Positions 25,143 to 35,200 of a DNA stretch of 64,000 bases are shown here, one piece after another (within the stretch, counting starts at the first letter, position 1; each line of letters begins with the position of its first letter). The DNA comes from a virus. The notes beneath the pieces were generated by a model, which did not search any database, was not told the DNA's origin, and was given only the letters and a program-made list of their open reading frames with translations. A program made the position numbers and the translations under genes. The DNA is taken from positions 42,532 through 106,531 of the IMG/VR virus record IMGVR_UViG_3300030099_007414, one strand, 5' to 3'.

Positions 25143-28100
25143 TTACTCCATATCCGCCGTTTCTACTACTTCGGCTTTAAAATTCAAGTTTAAGTCAACA
25201 ACCTTTCCTGTTTGTTTGGATGTTAGCCTTAATTTGAACTGCTTGCCAAAAAGACCTTCTTCTTCGCTGCCTAAAACTGTAGTTGCGTCGGTCGAAACCT
25301 TATCAAAACTCTCCATATCGGCAGGTGGAAGAATTTGCGTGATTCTTGGTACAATATTAAGTAGTCTTTTTAAATTTTTGGTTACATTTAATTCCGGGTT
25401 TGACGGCTCATATGGCTTAATTACGGGATAAATAATACCGCTATTTTCAACAATTTGTATTTCCATGATTGACGAGGGGTAAGAAGGAGTTCCCCTTCTG
25501 TCAAAAACGCGGAATATGTAATAATAGGATTTATTGCTTTCAATTATCTCATCAAAAGTTGCAGCAGGTAGTGTCTTTCCCGTTCTTATTGTTTGTGTTG
25601 TGGTGCTTACCTTCGCGTCTGTGAAAGATTTCAGGCTTTGAGGTGGAGATGACAATCTCCTAATTTCGAAAATTGTTCCTAAATTTTCTGTCTCATCCGA
25701 CTTATATAAAATAGGCTGGAAATCATTTAGCTTTCTTGACTTTCTATAATTTGCAATAAATTCATCTTCGGCTTCTGAGAAAGTAGTGGGCTTTACTTCT
25801 ATCTGTCCTTGTCCAGAGTTCATGAAAAAAGATAGCTTATCGGGTACTCCCCTATATGTGATAACATTAACATTAGGATAGATCGGAGGATTGTCCAATA
25901 TCATACCTTCGCTTCTGAAGTAAGGAAGCTCGGCGAACTTTACTGTAGGGGTTGCGGTGGCCACGAGCTTATATTTATTGATTCTTTTGTAATCCTCGGC
26001 GATATTAATGGAGCGAGCTGATTCAATGAAATCAACATAACATCCATTAAAAGTCTGCACAAGAGACTCTAATTTTTTAGTTTCCTTGGCTAGTAGATTT
26101 CCAATTTGCTTCAACTCTTCTCGTTTTTTCTGTAAATACGCCTTGCGCTCCGAGGCACCGGATGCTAATTCGGCAGCTGATGCTGATGCGTCTAGACTGA
26201 AGGAATCATCAAACTTGACTAGCCCCGTATTTAGACGAGGTACATCTACATTATCAATATCAAATGTTTGGGGATCGTCGGGAAAATCTATAAAATAAAC
26301 GCCGCTTGATTCAAGTAGCTGTTTTTGGGAAGAAGAGTTTAAGAAGGGCAACGGTATGGAAGTTAGTGCATTAATCTTTGTATAAACCCTTTCTATATCG
26401 TTTAATTCAAGATTATCTACGGTAAGTCCCGTTTGGTTAGATTTTTTACTTTCTGCAGAGGCGGTAATTGCGCCTGCTGATATTCCGAGAGCTGCTGCAC
26501 CTACCGTGGTTCCGATGGCGGTTCCTATGGCGGCGGTGGCGGCGGTGGCCGTTACAGCTGCAGCAGCAGCGGCACTGGAGGCGACAATTGATCCGGCTAG
26601 GGCGGTGGCGGCGGAAGCAGCTGTAGCGGCTGCTCCTGCTGCGGCGATGGCTGCAGCGCCGAAAGTTATAATACTTGCGGTCACCAGTGCGACTGTGGCG
26701 ACTATTCCGATTATCCATGCTTTCAGCCTTGAGTTTCGCTTCTTCTCGTCTGTTAATTCTTGAATAATAATTGCTTCAATCTGGCCTAAAACCTTAATGT
26801 TTCTCGCTGCCACTTCTATTTTGGCCAATGTGCCAAAACCTGTACCGTTGGTATTGCTCAAGCACTCCCAAGAGCTTCTTATGTTTTGAAACGCTTGCTT
26901 TTCTTCCTCGGTAAGCATGGATAAGTTAACTTCACTGCCGGGGATATTTCCTCCCGACAAAACAACCTGTGCTGCAATATCGATTTTCGATCCGGAATTG
27001 ACTTTGACCATCTCTTTAGAGAAAAGTTGGTTTTGATCCACAGCTTCGGCTAAAGCAATAGTTGTTTGTTGATCTACTATTTTCTCTGCAAAACCAGCGG
27101 GAAAGCCGGGGAGATTTTCGGGAAAATCGGCAAACATTGCTTCGTAAATCGGCCTAATTAACCCCAATCCGATCATATTTGCTAGGGGATCTTGAATTTC
27201 TTCCACATAATTTTTCAACTCTTCTTCAAAACTGACAACTCCAACATCAGTATCATCGAATCTATACTCGGTTCCAATAACGAACTTAAAAGCACAAACT
27301 TCATAACGATACATTTTTCCATATTTAACTTGTGTATCAATATACCGTACGCCTCGATAGCCTTTTTCAGCTGGAATCCAGAAGTTCTGTATTGGCGTAT
27401 CGGAACCTTGTTCGAACTTTTTTATTCTATAAAATAGCACGTCCGACTGATATAACTCCTTATTATTATCCAATATGTTTGTATAGCTTCTATAGTTATC
27501 GAAGTTAGTCAATAATTCGTTTATTGTCTTTACCAGATCGTCGAGAGCAGCTTCGTAATTTATACTCGTGTTGATTAGGGGCTTTATTTTAGAGATTGTA
27601 TCTAGCCTATATTCCGCCTCTTCTCCGTTGGTTAAAAAAGCCTTAGACCTCAAAGTTCTAGTATCCACGGAGTTGATGGGTGCTCGATCAGCGACAGAAT
27701 CTTTAGAAACAGCCGTACCTTTAGGAATTGCTTTATACATAATTTGAAGCATTTTAGGAATGTCGTATAATTTAATCAATTCAATCTTTAACGCCGAGAA
27801 TTCTCTAAACTGCTCTTGCTTTTCGGTAAGATAAGAAGAGGCTATATATGAATTGGTAAAACTCACATCTTGGACTACTGTTGTCTCTTCGCCTTCTTGG
27901 GAAAACTTATAATCTTCGCGATTCATTAGATCGCAAAAAGCCATCAAGAGTCCATTGTTTTTTAAAGATTCTTTAATAGGGTCATCCTTTCCGAGAGTAT
28001 CTGGAGGATTTGTGAGATATATTTCGTTGTAAAATGGAAAAGTATCTTTTCTTTCTTGGATATCCAGAGCTTGAATAAAACCATCACTATTCATAAAAAA

Positions 28101-28835
28101 GTCTTGTATATTCTCCGTGGAGAGAGGTTGCCTCAAGAGCTGCTTGGATACATTCTGCTTGGTAAACGGTGCGGACAGTGGGACCGAAAAAATACTTGAT
28201 GCCAAAGTTCCCACAGGCTCAATGTCGGGAATGGGCAAAAACTTATAGAAATTGTTCATTTGTGCTTCCCCTACGCTGTTTAAATTTGTCTGATTTTCAT
28301 ATATTCCTAGTCCATAGTTATATACAAAGTTGACAGTTCCGGCAAGTGCCGAGTGATTTTGTACAGCCGAAGCGTATTCTATAGGGGCATTTAGATCTAA
28401 TTTATAATCCAAAGTCAACAAATCGATATAAGGAATGACTGAATTTTCGATATAGGAGTCAAAAACACTCTCTGGTCCATTGATTGAATTACCTCCTGAC
28501 TTTTTAATTCCCAAAGATTCTCCGTATCTAGGAGTAATCTCTACGAGGCTTTTCGGAGCCTTTATCACCAAAGAGGTGTCTAAATCTAGAGATATTTCTA
28601 TTTTTTCTGGTGTTTTGGGAGAGAAGTCAAAATTTAAAGAATTTCCGAATGCTGATTTGGATGGCTTGCCATCTTTATCGACCTTGTTGGTGTAAGTATT
28701 CTTTGCATCGTAAACTAATGTATTTCCATCGTAGATCCAGTAGCTTTTAATTTCCCCCCTAATTGGATCAGAGGAAGTGTCTGTATTAGACGATACTGAA
28801 AACGCCTTATTGTTCATTATTGACATTTCTGACAT
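25143..28835 (-). CDS. Large putative virion protein with FN3-like segments and a central 88-aa uncharged hydrophobic/Ala-rich segment
   Basis: YIDTQVKYGKMYRYEV and FDEIIESNKSYYYIFRV FN3-like motifs; baseplate cluster context. Confidence 0.6.
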   Translation of the reverse strand: MSEMSIMNNKAFSVSSNTDTSSDPIRGEIKSYWIYDGNTLVYDAKNTYTNKVDKDGKPSKSAFGNSLNFDFSPKTPEKIEISLDLDTSLVIKAPKSLVEITPRYGESLGIKKSGGNSINGPESVFDSYIENSVIPYIDLLTLDYKLDLNAPIEYASAVQNHSALAGTVNFVYNYGLGIYENQTNLNSVGEAQMNNFYKFLPIPDIEPVGTLASSIFSVPLSAPFTKQNVSKQLLRQPLSTENIQDFFMNSDGFIQALDIQERKDTFPFYNEIYLTNPPDTLGKDDPIKESLKNNGLLMAFCDLMNREDYKFSQEGEETTVVQDVSFTNSYIASSYLTEKQEQFREFSALKIELIKLYDIPKMLQIMYKAIPKGTAVSKDSVADRAPINSVDTRTLRSKAFLTNGEEAEYRLDTISKIKPLINTSINYEAALDDLVKTINELLTNFDNYRSYTNILDNNKELYQSDVLFYRIKKFEQGSDTPIQNFWIPAEKGYRGVRYIDTQVKYGKMYRYEVCAFKFVIGTEYRFDDTDVGVVSFEEELKNYVEEIQDPLANMIGLGLIRPIYEAMFADFPENLPGFPAGFAEKIVDQQTTIALAEAVDQNQLFSKEMVKVNSGSKIDIAAQVVLSGGNIPGSEVNLSMLTEEEKQAFQNIRSSWECLSNTNGTGFGTLAKIEVAARNIKVLGQIEAIIIQELTDEKKRNSRLKAWIIGIVATVALVTASIITFGAAAIAAAGAAATAASAATALAGSIVASSAAAAAAVTATAATAAIGTAIGTTVGAAALGISAGAITASAESKKSNQTGLTVDNLELNDIERVYTKINALTSIPLPFLNSSSQKQLLESSGVYFIDFPDDPQTFDIDNVDVPRLNTGLVKFDDSFSLDASASAAELASGASERKAYLQKKREELKQIGNLLAKETKKLESLVQTFNGCYVDFIESARSINIAEDYKRINKYKLVATATPTVKFAELPYFRSEGMILDNPPIYPNVNVITYRGVPDKLSFFMNSGQGQIEVKPTTFSEAEDEFIANYRKSRKLNDFQPILYKSDETENLGTIFEIRRLSSPPQSLKSFTDAKVSTTTQTIRTGKTLPAATFDEIIESNKSYYYIFRVFDRRGTPSYPSSIMEIQIVENSGIIYPVIKPYEPSNPELNVTKNLKRLLNIVPRITQILPPADMESFDKVSTDATTVLGSEEEGLFGKQFKLRLTSKQTGKVVDLNLNFKAEVVETADME

Positions 28836-28851
28836 GTTTTTTAAGCCTCTC

Positions 28852-31254
28852 TTATTCTGTTAAATCTAAGATGAAATATTTATCTGCGTAGGACACATTG
28901 TCAAATGCAACTCCTATTCTAAATCTTTGGTCATTATAAATACTTGCTCGACAAAGAATTTTACCAGTTCCGCCCAAAGATCTTAATTTTTTAAAAATTG
29001 GATTTTTTACATCTGGCAGTCCGTTCTTGTCTTTCTGGAATCCGGCCAGAAATTCTATCTCTAATAAATTCATATAATTCTGCTTGATTGTGTAATAGGT
29101 ACTAGGGCTATAAATATAATCGCCTTTCATGGAGGGAGAAAGCCATTGTTTCACGCACTTATCAGACTTAGAAGCAAAAATTGCCTTTATTTGATTAGGA
29201 AGTTCTCTCACTATTTTAAGTTGAGCAGATGACGAAACGGGAGCTGATCGCCCTGTGCGCGTTGAAGGATTGTCTGTTACCGAACTTATAATGTTGGTTG
29301 TATTAGTAAGATCAAAATCTTCCTTAGACAGATTCCACCCTTCTTCATTTCTCAAAAAGGTGCTCGCAAATAATCTCGAAGCGACTTTCATTGGCTCGAT
29401 TTTCAGACCCTCTTTATAACCTTGTGTAACTGCGGGAGCCTGATTAGCATTATCGTTGTTGGAAAAAACTTCATTTGCTGCTAAATATGTTTGAGATTGC
29501 GATGCATCTTTGAGGGGTGGATCTTCTCGGAAAAAATCCTCCCCCACCGACACACCGTGTTCTTGCAAGTAGTAAGAAACAGAAATTTCTGAATTTATCT
29601 TATCATCATATTTCTTTTTAAAATGTTCTTGGGTCAATAGGTCAAAATTGAACGCAGTTTCATTATTTATTTCCAAATCTCCGATTCTGGTGGGAGATAA
29701 AAACGCATAGTAATTTGTTTCAAAATTGAAATAAGCTAACCTCAAAGGATCGCCAGAAGCATCAGAAAAGCCGAAAACATCTGCATATATTTCTCTCGAC
29801 AGGTTGACAAAACTAGATTCTGGCTGCTCTCGGAGGATCTTATTGTACTCCCCATCAAACCTTGCTTGCATTGTGCCTCTATCTACACTTGTTGCCCCAA
29901 CTTCATTATTAGAAGGGAAATTCATATAATCATAAGTTAAGTTTGCTGCTTCTGAAAAATCTATTGATTCGTCAAATCTTTTATTTAAATTTAAGAAAAA
30001 TCTGCTTGTATTGCTCGTAGAATAAACCTTCGAATAAGACGAATTAACCTGCGATATTACTCCCGCGTTACCGATGGCGGTAGAAAGGATAGAAACTAAA
30101 TATGTTATGTAATTCTTCAACATATTAAGTGATCCTTGGTGAGCGCGGAGATTTATTAAATAAGATTTCAGAGAGGTTTGTGTTATGTTTAAATTTTGAT
30201 TTAAAACAAACAGGATTTTCACTAGGTCGCCAATGTCTACAATGGGAGAGCCTATTTTCAAATTGTTTTGAATGCGTATTAGTCGATCTGTGGCCGAGAT
30301 GAGCCAATTTAAAATACCGTCTCGAACAACCATATTTAGAGTATATTGATGCTTGCCCATATCCGACAAATCATTATCATTGAAGGCTATAATATTTTCA
30401 TATTCCATGTCTTCCAGATTTAAATCTTTAATTTGGACTATGACACCCCTTGTTGCGCCCAAGATTCCCTTAACGGAAGTGGCTGTGGCAATTGTCTGGG
30501 GTGTTTGATCTTTATAAGATGGATATGGCCTATTTTGAAAGTCTCTTTGTTGTGCCAGTTTTCTTCTAGTTATCTCGATGTGCTCTATGTCTGACATATT
30601 CATCATTTTTCTTTTTTCATCTTTGGGGATCTTGGGATTTCTCAAGAGATACCCGAAAGTGCTATTGGTCATTAAGAGCTTTTGTTTATCTAAAATAAAC
30701 ATCCCTCTTAGTGAATTTTGTTTACTGTAGGAGGAGTACAATTCTGATACACTGGAATTGTCTCCAAACGGACTAGAAGAAAATATTTCAACATTAAAAA
30801 TGCTATCATAGAAATCCGACCTTTTGTCTTCGATGGGAATCGCATCATCATTTTTGATCTGGAGTTCTCCTCCGGAGAATAGCGTTATTCTTTTTTCCCT
30901 ATCGTATGGCTTTGTGTCCAAAAACAATTGAAATTCAAAAACAAAATTTAAAGACTCTTCAGCATCTACGTCAAATCTGGCGATAAAGGGATATCTGTAT
31001 CCGGTAGATATTTTTTCAATATCGGGGTTTAACTCTGTTCCTAAAAATGTGGGGAAAGTTAGCTTTTGCCGAACTAGCCTCCCATAAGAAGCTTGAAAAT
31101 TTGCATAGAGCCCAGTGTTTGTGGATAAGTCCAAGGCGGGTAAGCCGAGGTCATCTTTCCCAGTTTGTAAATGATAGCTCACCTCAACAACATATGTATT
31201 GTTTCCTCTTTCGTCAATTTTGTCCGAAACCGTAATTTTATTTATACCAAGCAT
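28852..31254 (-). CDS. Large hypothetical (probable structural) protein
   Basis: 800-aa ORF inside the baseplate cluster. Confidence 0.55.
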   Translation of the reverse strand: MLGINKITVSDKIDERGNNTYVVEVSYHLQTGKDDLGLPALDLSTNTGLYANFQASYGRLVRQKLTFPTFLGTELNPDIEKISTGYRYPFIARFDVDAEESLNFVFEFQLFLDTKPYDREKRITLFSGGELQIKNDDAIPIEDKRSDFYDSIFNVEIFSSSPFGDNSSVSELYSSYSKQNSLRGMFILDKQKLLMTNSTFGYLLRNPKIPKDEKRKMMNMSDIEHIEITRRKLAQQRDFQNRPYPSYKDQTPQTIATATSVKGILGATRGVIVQIKDLNLEDMEYENIIAFNDNDLSDMGKHQYTLNMVVRDGILNWLISATDRLIRIQNNLKIGSPIVDIGDLVKILFVLNQNLNITQTSLKSYLINLRAHQGSLNMLKNYITYLVSILSTAIGNAGVISQVNSSYSKVYSTSNTSRFFLNLNKRFDESIDFSEAANLTYDYMNFPSNNEVGATSVDRGTMQARFDGEYNKILREQPESSFVNLSREIYADVFGFSDASGDPLRLAYFNFETNYYAFLSPTRIGDLEINNETAFNFDLLTQEHFKKKYDDKINSEISVSYYLQEHGVSVGEDFFREDPPLKDASQSQTYLAANEVFSNNDNANQAPAVTQGYKEGLKIEPMKVASRLFASTFLRNEEGWNLSKEDFDLTNTTNIISSVTDNPSTRTGRSAPVSSSAQLKIVRELPNQIKAIFASKSDKCVKQWLSPSMKGDYIYSPSTYYTIKQNYMNLLEIEFLAGFQKDKNGLPDVKNPIFKKLRSLGGTGKILCRASIYNDQRFRIGVAFDNVSYADKYFILDLTE

Positions 31255-32262
31255 TTATTGACAATCCTTTATGTCGGTCACTGTAACGTTTGTTCCATAA
31301 ATATCAGAAATTACTTCTCTAATTAGAACATTGTCCTCATTTACATAATCTTTATCTGTATATAAGCCTTTGGATTTCAAGACACTAATGGAGTTATTTA
31401 TGATTTCTCTATCAATGTCAGAATCTACAAAAATATCAAAGTAATATTCTACATTATCGGGAGATAAAGATATCGGGACCATATCTTCTTCGGGAACCTC
31501 ATCTAGTAAAATATTATTAACTACATTGTTTTTCTTATTTTTGGCAAAAGTAAGGGGTATCATCGTTTCACCCATCTCATAAGCTTCTATAGTAAAATTT
31601 TCTATTTTAAAATCAGTGTTTTTTTCTACAATGTCGGCTAAAATTATTTGCGGAGTGATAGAGAGGTAACTTCCATCGATTGCAATCCTACTGACAATAG
31701 TTTCGTTCGTGGAGGTGACTGCGCCGACTATTGTGGGGGTATCATCCATGGGAGAGACCTCTACAGCAGATGATCCTATAGATACGTTCCCTACCTCAAC
31801 AGCATATAAGACTTCTAAATTGATTTGAGGGATTCTTTTTTGGCCGAATTCTGTTGCATAATCCAAATTAACGTCTTTTATAGAACCGTTTAACATCCTT
31901 AGAGTAATTGCCGGATAATCTTGACCGGATAATCTGGTACTACCCAGATCACTCGATAGGGCATTTTTTTTAAGGGGAGCGATGGTTGATATCTTTTCAC
32001 CATTTCCAAAATCAACTTCATCTCCATCCACTCCCTTGCTCGTAAATTTGTATTGAGTCTGCAATTGCGGGGTCAGTTCTGTAATTCTATTCTGTATTAT
32101 GTTTTGATCTTCTGTTATGCCTGCATATTCTCCGTCATACATAATATTGTCATCAAAAAATGCATAATAAACAGGCTTCATTTTGCCCATAGATAGAAGC
32201 TGTTTTCCGTAAGGAGTAAGCTCAATGTCAATTACTTCTTCTTTTTTGTCCATAAACAGCAT
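31255..32262 (-). CDS. Baseplate structural protein (paralog B2)
   Basis: N-terminal VIDIELTPYGKQLLSMG..PVYYAFFDDNIMYD, paralogous to the 24140..25060 N-terminus. Confidence 0.6.
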   Translation of the reverse strand: MLFMDKKEEVIDIELTPYGKQLLSMGKMKPVYYAFFDDNIMYDGEYAGITEDQNIIQNRITELTPQLQTQYKFTSKGVDGDEVDFGNGEKISTIAPLKKNALSSDLGSTRLSGQDYPAITLRMLNGSIKDVNLDYATEFGQKRIPQINLEVLYAVEVGNVSIGSSAVEVSPMDDTPTIVGAVTSTNETIVSRIAIDGSYLSITPQIILADIVEKNTDFKIENFTIEAYEMGETMIPLTFAKNKKNNVVNNILLDEVPEEDMVPISLSPDNVEYYFDIFVDSDIDREIINNSISVLKSKGLYTDKDYVNEDNVLIREVISDIYGTNVTVTDIKDCQ

Positions 32263-35200
32263 TTATTTTTCCCTCTTAATTGTTTCGATGTTTGCTTGCA
32301 CTTGTGCATCTGCTCGCGATTGTATGTCTTTAGATTCTGCCGTGGTTGTAGTGTTACCTAGAGATATATCCGTAGGGGCCAAAGGAGGCAAGACGGAGGA
32401 GTTAGGATCAGTGGTCTGGACTGTTGCTTCCTCGATTGAACCATAGGTTATGGAAGAATCAATCTTTGCAAATTCAATAAGCGAGAAATAATCATAAGGC
32501 CAGTTAAAACTAAACAATTCTTCGCTTTCTTGGCCGCCGATAAGAAGGTTATTATATTGTGTTTTTGCTCTTTGCTTCACCTTGAAAACCATCCACTTGA
32601 CTTTATCTTTTAGGTCTTCAAGAAGATTATTTTTTGTCAAAAGAGGGTGAGAAATAGTGGCTGATGATTCTTGGAATTCGTTGCCAATTTTAGGCGCGAT
32701 ATTCTGCCACATGTAAGAAAGGTCATTTTTATCAAAAGTATGTTCAAAGTCAAAAATGTACATTGCAATTGGCTTGGCATTAGGATTTCTAAAGAAGTCA
32801 AACTGCGGCGGGAACACATATCTGTCTAGTATTTTTTCCGACATTTCTATTACGCTCTGATCAATATCTTCTGGGAATAGTTTTTTCAAATCTAGCGGCT
32901 CTTGAGTTACTGCTCTTTCTGCAATTAATTGAGAATACTTTTCGGTTGTTGGTATTTCAAAAAAGTTTCTAGCTGTTTGGTTAGGTTTTACCACCAAACT
33001 TTTTGTTTTGCTTAAATCTTGCACGTCCACAAATGGGATTGCGACGACAGCTTCAAATACAGTCTTTGATTCTGCAAGCTTGCCGATTTTTTCTGATTTT
33101 TTTCTCTTGTCGAATCCAACTACGGACATCAGTGATTGTACATCTCCACTGTTATAATCGCTGGAGATGTCAGGCAGTGAAGCCCTGTTTTGTAGCCAAT
33201 CTTCCGGGATGTCTTCTACTTCCAAAAAAATTCCTTGGCCGTCGCCTTCGTTTGGGATGGTTCCAAACTGATGCCACATTCCGATTGGTGTGGTGGTTTG
33301 TCCTCCATAACCCTCCCACGGTGTACTTGCTGTTATAGGCAGCGTTATATTATCCAAATATGGGCTATTGGTCGAAGAGTAATTGGCGGAGGAATAAGGC
33401 CCAAAATTGAGAACTGGCGTTTCAAATTTAGTTTGAATGGCCCAAGAAGGACTTCTTTCGCCTGTACTCGCTATAGAATCCACAAACAGCTTATTAAATA
33501 TATTTACAGATGAGGTTAATTGCATCGCATAATTATTCACACTTGCGCTGTGCATGGGGAAAGCAGAAGCACCAGAGTCTCCAGACTTCCAAGTGTCGCT
33601 ATCATATCCATCGACCCTCCAGCAAACAATTTTTGAGTTAGCTTGGATATCTTCTATTGTTGGTAATCCAGTTGTGGTGGGTGTGTAAATAACATCCACC
33701 CAAGATTCTCCGTTGTAATAAGGGGGTGTATGGGATACATTGTAGCCATATAAGCCGTCTGTAAGCTCTGGATTGTTATAGCTATAAAAAGATGGCTGTT
33801 GTCCGAATGGAATACATCCTGCGGTTCCACCCACACCCGCAAAAGACGGTATTGGGCTGGATGGAATACTACCGGATCCTGCAAGTGGTGGACCAAATGC
33901 AGTTGGGCGACTATACATATTGAGTGTCGCCATTCGGTAATTTTTAGAGGTTCCGCCTACAAAATTTTGCCCCGAACCGTCTGAAAAGTATTCTTGAGGG
34001 GTTGGCCAATTAGCCTGTTCTCGCTTAACTCCCTTCATGCTGCGTCGAATCTTTATTCTCATAGCATATGAAACACTTGAAGATACAGACAAAAATTCAT
34101 TTTCTTGATTACTCGCAAGAGAAGTAAGCTCCCCATTGGCTAAAAAGAATTCCGGAGTTGATGCCAAAAAGTTCTTAATAGCCAAGCTGTAGGAATTTTT
34201 TTCGCTCGGAGCAGTGTTAATTTTTGATACCACATCTATGGAGCAGGAAGGGTGTGGTTCCATATCATAAAATTCTATTCCCTTCATACTTTCTGGGTTC
34301 AATAGGGCTTCGAAAGGAACTCTGTAGTCCCACCTACCCGAATCAACTGTTGCTGGACCTATAGCATAATAATCAGTTTGTCCGGTTCCGCCTGCAGAGT
34401 CATAATTTACTACCTGATATGAGCCTGTATATATGGGATAATCTACAGCGATGCCTGACTTAATTGTGTTATAGAGAATACCGGGAGAGAATAATGGGGC
34501 CATTATGGGCCGCATCTTGAGATTTCCGGCAGATGCGGCAGCTCCAGTCGTACCCTCTATCGAATCTTTGAAAACATCCGAAAATTGCTTTCCAATTTCC
34601 AAAGTCCTTTCAGCTGGATAGAATCCGTCATACGCGATGAATTTCTTCAATGCCTTGCAGCTTAAAGATAAAGATTTTTTGAAAGAGTCTGAAACATATT
34701 TGTCGTGATCATTGGATATAATAGAGAAATTCTCCATAAAATCAGAAAAAGAATATATGCGGTAGAAATCGTCCTCTCCGCTATTTTGAGGAGTATTTTC
34801 TGATATCCTTATATCATAAGTAGCCGGATTCCCATTAGTATCTATATAATTGACTGTTTCAGAATTATCTTGATTTACTCCAAAGATCGAAAATGATGCA
34901 GTATTTGCAGTTATAAAGCTGTCACTACTGTTAATATATTTTTCCACGTTTTGGCTTACTCTAAATTCTGGTATTATGGACATGTCCTTATTCTTCAATC
35001 GCATGTTATAAACATATAACTCATATTTATCATAAAATGGATTACTTGGTGAAGAAATAAATTCGCCATCTTGCAAGTACCCTGCCTGTGTGTGTGCTTG
35101 GAATTCGGCATTGCCACCGAAAATGGAAACTTGCCCCAAGGGGTTAGTGAGGCCACCGGGCCAAGATGTGGTGCCGGGTCTCTCTTCTAACGAAAGGTAT

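Noticed and set aside
26446-26763. Arg-rich and Ala-rich plus-strand ORFs and GCG/GCC repeats suggesting a tandem repeat or overlapping gene
   Set aside because: By-product of Ala codons in the minus-strand 1230-aa gene; no regular repeat unit.
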